Source of the DNA: Bacteriovoracaceae bacterium | GTDB taxonomy: Bacteria; Bdellovibrionota; Bacteriovoracia; Bacteriovoracales; Bacteriovoracaceae | NCBI GenBank assembly: GCA_048270185.1 | Contig: JBLWTJ010000004.1 | Coordinates: forward strand, 1-64,000 | Length of the DNA stretch: 64,000 bases | Direction of reading: 5' to 3' | Shown here: in pieces, positions 1 through 9,979 of the stretch | Layout of the letters: the number at the start of each line of letters is the position of its first letter | Numbering within the stretch: position 1 is the stretch's first letter | Translations under genes and position numbers: made by a program | Notes under the pieces: model-generated | The model's database searches: none | What the model was told of the DNA's origin: nothing | What the model saw: the letters and a program-made list of their open reading frames with translations, nothing else

Positions 1-41
1 GCGTCTGCTGGCTTTAACACAAATGATTTCTCAGTGTACAT
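1..41 (-). CDS. rplM: 50S ribosomal protein L13, 5' end only (runs off window)
   Basis: ATG at 41-39 gives MYTEKSFVLKPAD, resembling L13 N-termini; purine-rich GGAAGG upstream. Only 13 codons visible. Confidence 0.55.
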   Translation of the reverse strand, partial: MYTEKSFVLKPAD

Positions 42-177
42 AGTAACCTTCCACTTTAATAATGTTAAAAATCAATAAAACGTAAACGCATCATCAGAAT
101 AAAATGATTTGTTTACAACACTTAGGACCTCTAAAGGCCCATAATTCCGTTGTTTGTGGGGTAACGGGTTTCGGCAG

Positions 178-206
178 ATATTAAACAATTTGTCCCGATA
201 ATACAA
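178..206 (-). promoter_or_regulatory. candidate sigma70 promoter for rplM
   Basis: TTGTAT-N17-TAATAT on the minus strand. Confidence 0.4.
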
Positions 207-278
207 TGGGTAATTACGTTTTTTTTGGCCATGCGTAATATTTTTAACAAACTTAAGTTATTGATATTATGTTAGCAT

Positions 279-3128
279 TTAAAATTGGCCAATTGTAATG
301 TGAAAACGACCGAAGGAATCACCGCCAACACGGTCTAATTTGATACCGTAGTCAAAATCTAAAGAGCCAATTGGCGTATATAGCTTAAAGCTTAGACCAA
401 CTGATTTTAATAATTCAAAGTCTTCAATTTTATCAACAAACACGCGCCCCGCATCAAAGAACACAGCTATCGCTGAATAGTCGCCAATATAATATCTTGG
501 CTCAATTCTAAAATTAAAAAAGAAGGCGTCACCCCTAACAACAGCATCATTAATAAATGTATTGTCAGAAAGTCGTCCAGATTCAAGATCACTGTATCCT
601 CTTAGGTAGTCACGGCCAATAAGTCTAAATACTTTTAGTGGTGGGATGTATCCTGAAGTCTTAGGTTTTCCATCAACATCTAAGACAGGATTGCCACTAC
701 TATCTTTTATGACTTCATCTGCAAAGTTGTGTTCATAACCCATAGCAATTGACGTCGCTAATGTAATATCACCCATAGGAATATAGTTAAAGTTTCGAAT
801 CACTGCTTTTTGATAATCGATTTTCAAGTCTTCAGATTCTTGCGAGCCTAAGTATGGATTGGCGATTTCCCAAGAGAAGTTAAACCATGCCCCCTTTCTT
901 GGCATTGATTTATTATCTCTAAAATCTAGTGTTAGCTCTGGTCTTAAAGCTCCGATAATATACTTATCTTCGTCAATTTCATCTGTCGCGTTGAATTGCC
1001 TAATATTATCAAACTCATAAGTAAGACTCATTGAAACGACATCTGAAAATTCTTTAAATAACTGAGGAGATATACTCCAAATATCAGCATCAAAATCAGA
1101 ATATCGCTTACGTTCATAACGAAGTGTCGTTTTGAAGTTAATTTTTGATTTAAAGAAACTATAAAATAAATACGGCTCTACAAATTGTAGCTGATAGTAA
1201 CCTTCTAATAATTTTTCATTATTACCTCTTCGACTTTCATCAAGAAATGAAAAATCGGTTCTCCAGTTAGCTAGTGCCTTAAAAATAATTGATTGGTTTA
1301 AACCTTGAATATTATTATATGCAATTGTTGTTGAAAACTTAGCTCCAAGATCAGTTCTAAATCCCGGAGCAATTTCCGCTTGCCCAAAGTCTTTTTCTGT
1401 AACCTTAATAACAAAGTTTAAATATTTTTCAGTTGATGAAATCTCCTCTCCAACAAATGATGATATATTAACGTTGGAAAAGAGCCCAAGCTCTCTTAAG
1501 CGTCCGATAAATTCATTCATTGCTTTCGGGGTAACAAGATCACCACGAACTAAGGGAAGCTCTCTCCTAATAACAACATCTTGAGTCGTTGAATTACCCG
1601 TTACAATAACATTGCCAAGGTATGTACGAACCCCCATCGAGAATTTTAGGTTTAATTCAATTTCATTTGTAGCAGAATTAACACCAACAATTTTCTTTGG
1701 TCTTTTTTCAACATATGAACTAAAGAAATAGCCTCGAGACTTTAATGAATTAATTGCACCTTTTAGATCCTCATCAATTAGCACTACATTAAAAGGTTTA
1801 CCGATTTTATTCTTTAGAATATCTTGAATAAAGTATCTTGCCTCTTCGTCATCCACACCTTCAATATTAATTTTTGCTAATGTATACTGAGATCCTTCAG
1901 AAATTGAAAAAGACACAATGGCAGCATCTCCACCATCAATAAAGTCAACTTTTGGCTTTTCAATATTTACAAAAATATAGCCATCTTTAACGTAATTCTC
2001 TTTAATATTCTCCGAAACTATTTCCAACCCTTTTTCATGCAAATAATCTGCTGTGATTAAATCAGTTCCACTACGGTTATAGATTTCTTTCAAAGTTGCA
2101 TTAGATTTATAATTATTACCATTGAAGTTTACTCTTGCAATTTTGACCTTACGGCCTTCATCAATAGTAAAATAGAAATTAATAACATCATTATCATAGC
2201 GATCTGTTCCACGCACTTCGTATAACCGGGACTTGGCATAGTAGTAGCCATTATCACGATATAACCCTACGATCTGACGATTTAAGGAAATATCATCGAA
2301 GCGACCCTTATTATTCTGAATATACTTTTTAACATGGTTGAAAAGGTCATTATGATCAAGGCGATGATTCTGCGTGAAACTTACACCATATCTTGCGCCC
2401 AATTTAACAGTGAAAACTAGTTTATAGTCACCACTTTCAACTAGTTTAAGCTCTTCCTTTACCGTTGCTAACCAAAAACCATTAATCATTAACAAGCTTC
2501 TATATTCTTGAAGCATTTTTTTGTAATTGGTAAAATCAAGAGACGTGCCCTTAATGCGACTCCAGTACTTATTGCCCTCTAATAAATTTTCACCTTCAAG
2601 GCCAATAAGTTCAACTGCCTCTAGGCGTCTAACACCATTCTTATTTAATCTTAACTCGACTTTTATTCCTTCTTCATCTTGTTCAGTAAGAATTTCTCCG
2701 ACTTTACTATCCTTTTTAAAGAATTGATCGCCAATTTTCCTTATGCCTTCATTAGCTTTATTTTCATCGAAGTATTCACCTTCTTTCAAAAGGAATTCAC
2801 TTTTAACTCTTCGGTTTAATACAGAGTCTGTCCCACTTACAACAAGATTCGTAATTTTGGGCTTTGTTTCGACAACAACACGGAAAACACCATCTTTGAT
2901 CTCGTAAAAGAAGCTTTTATAATATGGTTTAGCTAGTTCAAATTGAACTGCACTACGTATTTCAAGGCGTGATAGATCCTTTCCTTCATACTTCTTGAAA
3001 CTCTCTATTACAAAGAGGCATTCCTCACGACCAGTACAGTCCACATCAACAGATTTGATATGTACTGTCTTTGCTGCAAAGACATTTAGAACAAAAAGCA
3101 ATGTGAGTATGATTCTTAAAAACTCCAT
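279..3128 (-). CDS. Omp85 family outer-membrane protein (TamA/BamA-like) with multiple POTRA domains
   Basis: Signal peptide, repeated POTRA-like segments (e.g. VIVTGNSTTQDVVIRREL), LRGY lid motif, TPIGSLDFDYG and C-terminal FHITIGQF beta-signal; overlaps tamB. Confidence 0.9.
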   Translation of the reverse strand: MEFLRIILTLLFVLNVFAAKTVHIKSVDVDCTGREECLFVIESFKKYEGKDLSRLEIRSAVQFELAKPYYKSFFYEIKDGVFRVVVETKPKITNLVVSGTDSVLNRRVKSEFLLKEGEYFDENKANEGIRKIGDQFFKKDSKVGEILTEQDEEGIKVELRLNKNGVRRLEAVELIGLEGENLLEGNKYWSRIKGTSLDFTNYKKMLQEYRSLLMINGFWLATVKEELKLVESGDYKLVFTVKLGARYGVSFTQNHRLDHNDLFNHVKKYIQNNKGRFDDISLNRQIVGLYRDNGYYYAKSRLYEVRGTDRYDNDVINFYFTIDEGRKVKIARVNFNGNNYKSNATLKEIYNRSGTDLITADYLHEKGLEIVSENIKENYVKDGYIFVNIEKPKVDFIDGGDAAIVSFSISEGSQYTLAKINIEGVDDEEARYFIQDILKNKIGKPFNVVLIDEDLKGAINSLKSRGYFFSSYVEKRPKKIVGVNSATNEIELNLKFSMGVRTYLGNVIVTGNSTTQDVVIRRELPLVRGDLVTPKAMNEFIGRLRELGLFSNVNISSFVGEEISSTEKYLNFVIKVTEKDFGQAEIAPGFRTDLGAKFSTTIAYNNIQGLNQSIIFKALANWRTDFSFLDESRRGNNEKLLEGYYQLQFVEPYLFYSFFKSKINFKTTLRYERKRYSDFDADIWSISPQLFKEFSDVVSMSLTYEFDNIRQFNATDEIDEDKYIIGALRPELTLDFRDNKSMPRKGAWFNFSWEIANPYLGSQESEDLKIDYQKAVIRNFNYIPMGDITLATSIAMGYEHNFADEVIKDSSGNPVLDVDGKPKTSGYIPPLKVFRLIGRDYLRGYSDLESGRLSDNTFINDAVVRGDAFFFNFRIEPRYYIGDYSAIAVFFDAGRVFVDKIEDFELLKSVGLSFKLYTPIGSLDFDYGIKLDRVGGDSFGRFHITIGQF

Positions 3129-6100
3129 TTATACTTTATATCAGCTCCAACAGAGCCATCAGTTCCTTCTTTATTGTTAGTATCTTCTTCACTTTCAAAA
3201 ATACCTTCGATTGATAATTTTTCATTAATACTATAGTCAACATTTATAGACTGCTTATTACTTTCACTATCAAAAGTATTTGAAAATTTAAGGTCTATAT
3301 TATCATTAACTTTCTTTGTAATCTGTAGTTTTGTTGCTGTCTTAACTGACTGTTCAGACTTAGTTGCTTCCTCAATTGGACTATCGGAACTTTCTGAAAA
3401 CTCGGGTAGAACACTAAGCTTTAATCCCAGTGCAGAATCTAGGCCTTCATTTATATTTAATTGGTCCACCAAGAACGTCCCGATTCCAATTGTCGTTAGG
3501 TTCGTTCTTTGACTATCATCTAATGATTGAGAGAAGTCTGAAGTTACCCCAAGAGTTAGTAGAGAGAATATATTATCCTTTGACAGATATGGATTAGATT
3601 CAAGATTAATTGAGATATCCTCGATTGAGCCAGTAATTCCCATCTCGACATCATATTGTCCGATCGTAGAATTAGCTGCTAAATTAAGAGATATTGGATC
3701 AATATTCTCTGAACGAGAAAAATATACAACACCTTCACTTAAGATAAAGTCATTACCTCTAAATTTAAACTTACTCAATCCTGGAACAATGATTAGCTGT
3801 CCTTCAATGGCAGGATTATTAAATTGACCATTAATTGATAAATCTCCTGCAACAAGTAAATCTGCTAAACGGTTCCTAACTCTCACTGTCTCTTTGATAT
3901 TCATATTAATATCGAGGTTTATTAAATCAGGAATTCCTCGTTTTGTTTGGGTGATATATTTATTTAAACTCTTATTATATTCTGAAGTTGACTTGAAATC
4001 GTTGAATTCATTTTCAACAAGTCCTCCGTTAACATACACATCACCTTTGACAAGATAAGGAAAGCCTCGACCGGTAAAGTTCAATTTACCATCAGTATTG
4101 ATTACAGAGCGTGACTCAACTTGGTAACCAACGTTATTATAATTTCCATTCAGAGCAAGTTCTGGATATGGAAAATTAGCTTTAATGTATCCATTGAGAT
4201 CAAATGTACCCGTACCAAGCTCACCTGAAAGATTGTGGATAAAGATTCGATTCTCTCTAAATGCACCAACGCCACTAGCATTTGCGACTTCAAGAGGAAT
4301 TGATTTTAATTTAAGGCCAAAGTCACTAGTCGTAAAAGTATGTGAGACCTTATAGTCTTTTCTATTCCCTTCTATTGTTCCAAGTCCTTTTACATTTCCA
4401 ATAATTCGTTCTATTTCACTTGTAAAAAGAGTCAAATAACTCAAGTTAATATCAATATTTTGAATTATTTTAAATTTAGTATCAAGGTTACCTGATCCGG
4501 ATAAATGATAGTATCCACCACTACCACTTAGTTTTACATCTAACGATTCGATGTTTGAATTTTCTACTGTCACAACAACAGGCTTTTGAAGCGTTAAATC
4601 TCTTCCATAGTTATTAATATGAAATTGAGAAATATTGAAGCGCGAATCAGTTGAGTTATCAGTATTGAAGTCATAAATAAACTTACCACTGAACTGAGCA
4701 AAACCATTTAACTCATTATTATAAGAGTTATGCTCTGAAATAAAACTTAGAGCAGGTCTAATATCAGGCATATCGACATCATACTTGATATTGATTATTG
4801 GGTACTTATTTGAAAAATCAAGAACTCCTGATGTTGATATATCTTTATTAAAAATATTAGCATCGAAAGTAAAAGAATTATCAGTAAAAGAGAATTCCAT
4901 TTCTGACTTTCCAATATCGACATTACTTAACTTAGTCTTAGTAAAATACGCACTACCTTTACCCTTTAGAGTTCGGTCCCTTTTCGCTCTCATATTAATT
5001 GAAAAGAATCCATTATAACCAAGACCTAAATCACGATAGCGATAAAAATCATTAAGCTTAATTGGTGTTGATAGTAGTGATATTTCATCAAAGCCTCTTT
5101 TAAAATTATAAATAAAGTCTCCTGAAATTGATGAAATATTTTTTTTCATGAATACATTTGAAACCTGTATTGAGCTTTTATCAACACTCATCTCAACGGT
5201 CACATTATCTAAAGGCTCTTCCCAGATACTCACCTTCTTTGAAGAAAGGGATAAGTCTGTTACGAGATTCTCGAAACTACCAGACAATAGAATTTCTCCA
5301 TTGAAAAGTCCGCCAAGAGGAGATACATATGGCCTAACATCATTCCAAATTGGTTTTATCTTTGATGGTAATCTTTGAATATCAAGGTCTTCAACATTAA
5401 GCTTTAACTTGAGGTCCTCATTATTTATATCAACAACACCATTAATTGAAACATTCCCATCCTTCTTATTAGTAACTTTATCAATATTGATAATACTTTT
5501 ATTTATAGAGTAGCGAGCTTCAATTTGAGATTCTTTAGAAAAATTGAAACCATAGACATCAAAGTTATTTATATTATTTGATTTTAGATAAATCGTAACA
5601 TCATCTTTACCATTTACTTCGACGTTGAGATCTCCCTGTCCACTAACGATTTGAGATATCTCTCCCCCTAAGTCTTTAATTTCTAGGTTCTTCGCATCTA
5701 AAGAAAAGTCTACATCGTTATTAATTACACTTCCTTTAATTTTGAGATCAGAATCATTAGTTTTTGCATCAAGAGTGATTCTAAACTCTTCTCCTGCATT
5801 TATTTCTAACTTCTTAGCTATTATTGACTGAACATTTAAGATATCAGATCGATCTGGCTTCAACGCTAAATTTGCAATGGAAAAATTATCAGACTCACTA
5901 GAGTGAATTATGACATCACCCCCGTCATTCATCAGTAAGTTTACATTTCCTGAAACACGACCTTTTAATAATTTGAAATCATCCCCTAGAAAATAAAGAA
6001 TATCATTTAGATGTAAATTATCTGTCTTTACTCTAAGTTCATTATTTATTACTTTAATCTTATCTAAGTTTAATATGATATCAGTGATGCTTTCAAACTT

Positions 6101-7060
6101 ACCTAGATTCACTTTCCCTCTAGTTTTTCTAAGTGTAAGTTTAGAGTTATGGTAGCTAAAGAATGATTGAAACTCATCAACATTTGCGTATTCACTACTA
6201 ATACCATGGCCATCAAGTGATCCATTTATATAAATATCATTTTTAGTTAGGCTGCCTGTAATATCAACCTTTCCTTGTATCAGTCCTTCAATATCAACAC
6301 CATAACTTGAGGCGATATTTCTTATGCTGTTAAAATTTAATTTATATTCTAAATTAGAGTGTATTTTTCTTGTATGAAACTCGTACTTCCCGCTTCCACT
6401 TATTTTAGAATCTTTGATAAAGACATAGCCATTTCTAACTCGAATATTTTCTTCAACAATTTCTGCATCAAGAAAAATATTATCAACTAAGACATCATTC
6501 CACTTGAAATTATCTATCTCAAGTAAGACATCAAAACTTTGTTCATAAGGACTTAGTGCAATATGTTTTAAAGGTATATTTATACCATTTTGTTTTATGT
6601 AAAGATCAGTATTTGAAACTTCTATACGTCCGATTTGAAATGGTATTTTATTAACTGTGGACTGGAGGCTTTTGAAGATACTAACTTGCGTATCATTTTT
6701 TTCACTTTTTTCTAAATGATCAAGGGTAATGAATCCATCACTTAACTCAACAGTACTAAATCTAATGTCAGAAGAAAATAAACTAATTAAAGAGAATGCT
6801 GCTGAAATATCTTTAATTTGTACTTCTACATTATCCTGCATTTTCAACGATACATTTTCCAAAATAGTACGTGGAGGGAAGAAGCCGCCACTAACACGAC
6901 TAAAAGAGAGTTTGATATCATTCTTGCCAATTAAATTATTATTTATATATTCACTTAGAATTGTAGACACATACTTAGACTGAATGAATCGCCAAGCACC
7001 AAATGCGAGCACAGAAAATATAATTGTAAATATGATTAAGAACCTATTTAAACTCTTCAT
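3116..7060 (-). CDS. tamB: translocation/assembly module TamB (AsmA-like, DUF490-type C-terminus)
   Basis: 1314 aa, N-terminal TM anchor, beta-rich body, C-terminal LESNPYLSKDNIFSLLTLG...GADIKYKWSF; adjacent to Omp85 gene. Confidence 0.85.
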   Translation of the reverse strand: MKSLNRFLIIFTIIFSVLAFGAWRFIQSKYVSTILSEYINNNLIGKNDIKLSFSRVSGGFFPPRTILENVSLKMQDNVEVQIKDISAAFSLISLFSSDIRFSTVELSDGFITLDHLEKSEKNDTQVSIFKSLQSTVNKIPFQIGRIEVSNTDLYIKQNGINIPLKHIALSPYEQSFDVLLEIDNFKWNDVLVDNIFLDAEIVEENIRVRNGYVFIKDSKISGSGKYEFHTRKIHSNLEYKLNFNSIRNIASSYGVDIEGLIQGKVDITGSLTKNDIYINGSLDGHGISSEYANVDEFQSFFSYHNSKLTLRKTRGKVNLGKFESITDIILNLDKIKVINNELRVKTDNLHLNDILYFLGDDFKLLKGRVSGNVNLLMNDGGDVIIHSSESDNFSIANLALKPDRSDILNVQSIIAKKLEINAGEEFRITLDAKTNDSDLKIKGSVINNDVDFSLDAKNLEIKDLGGEISQIVSGQGDLNVEVNGKDDVTIYLKSNNINNFDVYGFNFSKESQIEARYSINKSIINIDKVTNKKDGNVSINGVVDINNEDLKLKLNVEDLDIQRLPSKIKPIWNDVRPYVSPLGGLFNGEILLSGSFENLVTDLSLSSKKVSIWEEPLDNVTVEMSVDKSSIQVSNVFMKKNISSISGDFIYNFKRGFDEISLLSTPIKLNDFYRYRDLGLGYNGFFSINMRAKRDRTLKGKGSAYFTKTKLSNVDIGKSEMEFSFTDNSFTFDANIFNKDISTSGVLDFSNKYPIINIKYDVDMPDIRPALSFISEHNSYNNELNGFAQFSGKFIYDFNTDNSTDSRFNISQFHINNYGRDLTLQKPVVVTVENSNIESLDVKLSGSGGYYHLSGSGNLDTKFKIIQNIDINLSYLTLFTSEIERIIGNVKGLGTIEGNRKDYKVSHTFTTSDFGLKLKSIPLEVANASGVGAFRENRIFIHNLSGELGTGTFDLNGYIKANFPYPELALNGNYNNVGYQVESRSVINTDGKLNFTGRGFPYLVKGDVYVNGGLVENEFNDFKSTSEYNKSLNKYITQTKRGIPDLINLDINMNIKETVRVRNRLADLLVAGDLSINGQFNNPAIEGQLIIVPGLSKFKFRGNDFILSEGVVYFSRSENIDPISLNLAANSTIGQYDVEMGITGSIEDISINLESNPYLSKDNIFSLLTLGVTSDFSQSLDDSQRTNLTTIGIGTFLVDQLNINEGLDSALGLKLSVLPEFSESSDSPIEEATKSEQSVKTATKLQITKKVNDNIDLKFSNTFDSESNKQSINVDYSINEKLSIEGIFESEEDTNNKEGTDGSVGADIKYKWSF

Positions 7061-7950
7061 ATTTTCATTATGTCTGATACATTCCTATAGTTAGGAGAGA
7101 GACGATTCACGATAACTGCGATAAAGAATGCTCTTTCTCTTTGTCCTAGCTTTTGATAACATTTAGAAATTTCGAAAAGAGTATTTACATACTCGTTCTT
7201 ATCTTTGCATCCCTCCACTAGTTTTAGTCTTAAGTCAGCTAATTCAGATAAGTAATCTTCTTCGTCGCTAAGTTTTACTTCCTGAATTGATACAACTTTC
7301 TCTTCTTTTTGCGCTAAAGAAATATTGCCAATAGCAGGCTTTCGACCTGCAACATACGTATTGATAGCATCAATTAAATTATTATCTTTAGTATTTAAGC
7401 AATACTTATACATAATATCGATATGATCACTATCTCTAAAAAATGCTGGAATTGCTTTATATATTGCTTCTATGAATTCTAATGAATCAATTAAATCAAG
7501 GCGCGCAATTAAATCTTTTCGAAATGATTCGATTGAAATAAATTTTTCTGGATTATCAATTAAACATCTAATTGAATGTGTTTTCAAATTATCCTTGATA
7601 TCTTTTCCACTAATATCATCTGCAGCAGAATTAAAATCAGTATATATTGGAATTTGAAATTCATTTAATATTTCTATGACTTCACAAACTCTATTAACTT
7701 TTTTTCTAAGATGTAAAAACTTACAAAGAGAATCTTGAAGTTTTTTTACTACTTCTATTTTTCCAAACTTATTTGAAATTAAAATATGAGATACTAGTCT
7801 AAGATATTCATTATTTATTTTTAATATTGAATCTATTGAATATTTTTCTTCGTTACTAACAAAATGTGATAGCCATTCTTTTAATTTGGAATAATCTTTT
7901 AGAAGTTCCAATTCATTAATATAAATGTCTTTATTTTCTAAATCCGACAC
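7057..7950 (-). CDS. helical/TPR protein, possibly SgmX C-terminus/Bd2492-like
   Basis: C-terminal TPR ending SPNYRNVSD; 4-bp overlap with tamB; AT-rich. Confidence 0.5.
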   Translation of the reverse strand: MSDLENKDIYINELELLKDYSKLKEWLSHFVSNEEKYSIDSILKINNEYLRLVSHILISNKFGKIEVVKKLQDSLCKFLHLRKKVNRVCEVIEILNEFQIPIYTDFNSAADDISGKDIKDNLKTHSIRCLIDNPEKFISIESFRKDLIARLDLIDSLEFIEAIYKAIPAFFRDSDHIDIMYKYCLNTKDNNLIDAINTYVAGRKPAIGNISLAQKEEKVVSIQEVKLSDEEDYLSELADLRLKLVEGCKDKNEYVNTLFEISKCYQKLGQRERAFFIAVIVNRLSPNYRNVSDIMKI

Positions 7951-8065
7951 ACTACCTCGGTCACCAAAAAAATACAGTAACTATTTAATATTATTATATC
8001 AAATAATTAATTTTATTAATGTTAAGCGTACTTTTTACCTTCGAAATAGCAAGGTTTTCGGATAG

Positions 8066-8094
8066 AAAAAAGGCCCTTGAAAAGGGCCTTTTTA
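8066..8094 (-). terminator. intrinsic terminator after efp
   Basis: AGGCCCTT/AAGGGCCT stem flanked by A and T tracts. Confidence 0.8.
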
Positions 8095-8100
8095 TAGGAA

Positions 8101-8673
8101 TTATTTATTTACTCTTTCAACATAATCACCAGTTCTGGTATCGATTTTAAGAATCTCTCCCTCTTTAATAAACAGAGGAACGTTAACCTGAAGTCCAGTT
8201 TCCATAATGGCCTTTTTTAGTCCACCTTGAGCTGTATCACCCTTTAGACCTGGATCAGTTTGAGTTACAGCTAACTCAACAAAGTTTGGAAGTTCAAGTG
8301 AAATTGGCTTACCTTTATAATATAGAAGCTCTACTTTAATTCCCTCTTGTAGGAAATTCGCCTCTTCTTCAATATATTCAGTAGCAACATGAATAGTTTC
8401 AAAAGTAGTCTGATCCATGAAATTAAAACCTTCTGGATCATTGTATAAATACTCAACTTCTTTTTCATCGAGGTCTGGTTGCATAGCACCTGTTGCTACA
8501 CCAGATTTGAAAGTTCTTTCAATAACCGCACCTGTTTCAAGATTTTTGATTCGTAACTTATAAAAAGCTGAACCTTTACCTGGATTAGTGAAGTCACATT
8601 TAATACAAACATATGGTTTGCCATCGATTTCGAGTTTTAAACCTTTCCTAAAATCATTTGTCGATATTTCCAT
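8101..8673 (-). CDS. efp: elongation factor P
   Basis: PGKGSAF loop, PGLKGDT, ETGLQVNVPLFI, IDTRTGDYVERV. Confidence 0.98.
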   Translation of the reverse strand: MEISTNDFRKGLKLEIDGKPYVCIKCDFTNPGKGSAFYKLRIKNLETGAVIERTFKSGVATGAMQPDLDEKEVEYLYNDPEGFNFMDQTTFETIHVATEYIEEEANFLQEGIKVELLYYKGKPISLELPNFVELAVTQTDPGLKGDTAQGGLKKAIMETGLQVNVPLFIKEGEILKIDTRTGDYVERVNK

Positions 8674-8682
8674 AAAAACCCT

Positions 8683-9117
8683 TTAAATTAATTGTGATAA
8701 TATTGCTAGGAAGTAACCTTTTTCTTTTAAACCTTCTATCACGGCCGTCGAGGATTTTGCAGTAATTTTATTACTTCGAAAGTCTTCTCTAGTATTAGTA
8801 TTAGATAAGTGCACTTCAATGATAGGACAAGACAGCATGCGCAATGCGTCCAATATAGCAATACTTGTATGAGAGAATGCAGCAGGATTAATAATAACTG
8901 CTTTATATTCCTGAGCTAAAGCTTTTTGAACTCTGTCAATAATGTCACTTTCGGCATTACTTTGAAACCACTCGACAGTAGGAGTAAATCCTAAATTCTT
9001 CAGTTTCATATTAGTCTCAGCTTCAATTGCGGCAAGATCCAGATGACCGTAGATTTCAGGTTCTCTCTTGCCTAGTAAATTTAAATTTGGCCCATTGATT
9101 ACTAAGAACTTATCCAT
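8683..9117 (-). CDS. aroQ: type II 3-dehydroquinate dehydratase
   Basis: NGPNLNLLGKREPEIYG, NPAAFSHTSIAILDAL, EVHLSN. Confidence 0.97.
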   Translation of the reverse strand: MDKFLVINGPNLNLLGKREPEIYGHLDLAAIEAETNMKLKNLGFTPTVEWFQSNAESDIIDRVQKALAQEYKAVIINPAAFSHTSIAILDALRMLSCPIIEVHLSNTNTREDFRSNKITAKSSTAVIEGLKEKGYFLAILSQLI

Positions 9118-9973
9118 TTAGTACTTCGCTACTTCTTTTCTTTAAGTAAGACTCGAATAATTCAAATGCCATCGTTACTTTTTCTAATTCTTGCTTTGGC
9201 TTTTCTTCAAATTTCTTTGCACTAGAATCAAAAGCGGCCATTAAATCATTACGACCTTTAGTCTCTAATTCATCATCGTGTTTTAAATCATTTAGTCTAG
9301 ATTGAATTTTTTGATCGCCTGGATTATCTCTTAAAGCTGCTGATAAGACTTCCATAGCCTTTTGTTTTGCACCTTGCTTTAAATAGAGATCAACTAAAGT
9401 GTGACTAAATAATTGCTTTGGCTCTTCAAGGTTTTCTACCTTCTCTACTTCTGGTTCAGGTAATTTAGCTTCAGGAACTAAGCTCAATGTACTCCAACTT
9501 TCAATTTCTGAGTCTATATTTGAAATATCAAAAGTCTTTTGTGTTAAATCTTCATCTTCAAGGCTATCAAAATTATCATACTTTACGATGAATTCAGTCG
9601 CCTCTTGATCTCTTGGAGAAACAAAAAGGACTCTCTTATACGTGTTAATTGCTTCAATTATCAGATTCTGTTCAATGCAAGATTTTGCATAGAGTTTTAA
9701 AAATTTTAAATTATCACCATTGATACCCAGTTGCGGTTTTAAAATTGAATGAGCCTCTTCAACTTCTCCACTTTCAAGCAAAAGCTGTCCATAGATTATA
9801 ATTGCAGCTGAAAATTCAGGGTGATACTGAAGGCCCCTTTTTAATAGAGCAAGGGCCTCTTTATCCATACCAACTTTACGGTAAATTTCTGCAAGTGGAG
9901 CAAAGACCCTAGATCTAGGGTCTTTCTCTAGCTGTTGTGAATATTTGGCTATTAAATTCTTATAGTTTTTCAT
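9110..9973 (-). CDS. tetratricopeptide repeat protein
   Basis: DPRSRVFAPLAEIYRK and further TPRs; C-terminal TLVDLYLKQG repeat. Confidence 0.8.
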   Translation of the reverse strand: MKNYKNLIAKYSQQLEKDPRSRVFAPLAEIYRKVGMDKEALALLKRGLQYHPEFSAAIIIYGQLLLESGEVEEAHSILKPQLGINGDNLKFLKLYAKSCIEQNLIIEAINTYKRVLFVSPRDQEATEFIVKYDNFDSLEDEDLTQKTFDISNIDSEIESWSTLSLVPEAKLPEPEVEKVENLEEPKQLFSHTLVDLYLKQGAKQKAMEVLSAALRDNPGDQKIQSRLNDLKHDDELETKGRNDLMAAFDSSAKKFEEKPKQELEKVTMAFELFESYLKKRSSEVLNG

Positions 9974-9979
9974 TATTTT

